NCBI GenBank assembly: GCA_037447605.1
Contig: CM074804.1
Span: 7,045,909 to 7,109,908 of the forward strand
Length of the DNA stretch: 64,000 nt
Direction: 5' to 3'
DNA from: Zygnema circumcarinatum SAG 698-1b
Taxonomy: Eukaryota; Plantae; Zygnematophyceae
How positions within the stretch are numbered: position 1 is the first letter of the stretch; each line of letters starts with the position of its first letter. A program made the position numbers and the translations under genes. The notes beneath the pieces were generated by a model. It was not told the DNA's origin. It was given only the letters and a program-made list of their open reading frames with translations, and ran no database searches. Shown here in pieces: positions 62,283 to 64,000 of the stretch.

Positions 62283-64000
62283 GGATCTTCGCAGAAGAGG
62301 GAGAGGGCGGCGGAGAACGACGCGGTAGAGAGAGGGAGGGAGGGAAGGGGGCGCCGCGTGTACGGCTGAAGGGGGACGGACAAAACGACAAAAACCTCGT
62401 ACAGGTCGGTGCCGTAAATTGCGGGCCGCCGCGTTCATGTAAAACGGCGAGGATGACCGATGCGACCGCGCGTTGACCATTGACTCGCAGTAGCAAGGTA
62501 CTGGTTCTGGGGGCGCTGGAGGGCGACAGGCTAGATGGACGGCTGCGATTGGACTATTATGACGATCGGACGGCGGATAATGACCGATGGGTTGCAGGCT
62601 TGCACCTGCGAGGGAGAGAGGGGATTGGTGGGAAAGGGGCGGAAAATGGTACCACGTATGCGTAATGGTCGACGTTTAGAGTGAGTACTATTTGGATGGG
62701 ATAGTGGTTGGATTGATGCGGTTGATAAGTACGGGTTCGTTTTTGAGGTCGGTGATTATTGGGCGAAGGGACCAACGTGGAGTGCTGACGTGGCATGGGT
62801 ACGGTACATAATCCGCTTTATCCATTTAAATGTTTTTTTTGATCGAAAGAAACATTTCATTCCTGCCCGAGAACACGAGGACGAATAGGAGGAGCGTACG
62901 GTCGTTTCCGGGCAGGTGAAACTGTTTTTTCCTGCCCGAAAATAAATATTTCAAATTTTTCTTCCTCAATTCGGCTAAATCGGATTGGCTGCTCAAACAG
63001 TCCAGCCAATCACATCGTAGTCCAGCACTCCGGGCAGTAAAAGAATATACAAATCCCAGAAAGGAAAACATTCTTCGCATACCCTGACACATTTTCTTTC
63101 TGACAAAAACATCCGCAGCTCGATTCCCGTCAATCCGTTGCCCTCCTCTTTGTCTCGTCCGTACCGTACGGATGTCATTACATTCGGAAAACGACACGTC
63201 AAATCCGATTTCAGAAGACGGAAATCCCGCCGGAAATCCGCCCGCCGCCCCCTCCCCTCCCCTCCCCGCCAGCAGCGACCTGAAAGGCCGCCCGCAGGGT
63301 TCGAACTCTGCCACTTGGAAACTCGGCAGAGGGGCGGAACAGGCCCGAGGCTGAACGGGAGCCGGCAACTGGCAGGAGAGGCTGTTCTATGCTTGGCAGT
63401 TCACAGTTCCGTTAGTCGTCATGGATATGTTCTATGCATCACTATACGGCATAGAAACAAGAGGTTGGGGATGAAGGCTTGATGGGTGCAGAGCAGGCTG
63501 GGTGTCAGACCTGGAGCTAAAGGAGGATGGTTTGTACAATTAAGATGAGCGCAGTGAGAAGGCACTCCAACAAAAGCGATGGGGAAGCACAACATGGAAA
63601 AAAGGAGGTTGCTAATTCTGAGCATTCAGATGCGCAAAAACTGCTCAAAATTTTGACTGCTCAAAATGTTGTCACCGATGTCAGCCAACTGCCCATGTGA
63701 CAAGGGGCAGGAAGTGTCAGAAGGGTGACCTTGAGAACTCGACACTGAAGTTGCTTAAGGTGCATGGAAGCCTTCCTATATATGTATCTGCCTGCGCGAC
63801 CTACGCGCAGTATCACATTTCTAAGCTTATAACTGATTTAAACCCAAACAAAACCTTTACAGTCTCTAAAGCATGCGAAGCTTCGACAAACGAAAATGAA
63901 AAATTGGCTTTTGGTAGATTGTGTGAGACTGTTCAAAGCAATCGAAATCATCCACCAAACGTACGCCTCTCGCTTCATAACAGCAGCGAGAAGAACATTT

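Noticed and set aside
59643-62383. Long Gly-rich or Pro-rich ORFs antisense to or inside PERK
   Set aside because: They are shadow frames of low-complexity Pro-coding exons and G/C-rich introns.
62826-64000. Gene start diverging from PERK at the window end
   Set aside because: No ORF with recognisable homology or convincing exon structure lies within the window.
1-64000. tRNA, snoRNA, CRISPR arrays or intact transposons
   Set aside because: No cloverleaf, properly paired C/D boxes, spacer-repeat array, transposase or reverse-transcriptase motif could be identified by eye.

Overview
Gene-dense, intron-rich nuclear DNA of a streptophyte green plant. The NAC transcription factor, PERK-type kinase and F-box/kelch gene support this; a streptophyte alga or bryophyte is likely, but the species cannot be determined here. 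Eleven protein-coding genes can be assembled by hand from GT-AG exons, in order: CAND1(-), plastid-type MATE(+), ERdj3A/TMS1-like J-protein(-), PhzF-family epimerase(+), ABCG half-transporter(-), long membrane-anchored NAC(+), ALKBH1-like dioxygenase(-), thylakoid-lumen FKBP(+), hnRNP Q/R-like 3-RRM protein(+), F-box/kelch(-) and PERK-like kinase(-). Most notable observations: (1) two homologous, frame-incompatible copies of the MATE TM1 exon that can only be used mutually exclusively, possibly with different N-termini; (2) an ABCG with intact Walker A/B but degenerate signature, Q-loop and H-switch; (3) the same frame-sensitive tandem 3' splice site CGCAGGGCAG|TC in intron 1 of both head-to-head genes ALKBH1 and FKBP; (4) a dense GTAC (SBP/copper-response) cluster upstream of PhzF; (5) a hairpin- and GCN4-motif-bearing tandem repeat in the ABCG/NAC bidirectional promoter. 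A 1.3-kb duplication across an N gap is probably an assembly artefact. No tRNA, rRNA, CRISPR array or intact transposon could be supported. Exon boundaries were inferred manually, without RNA evidence or database searches.
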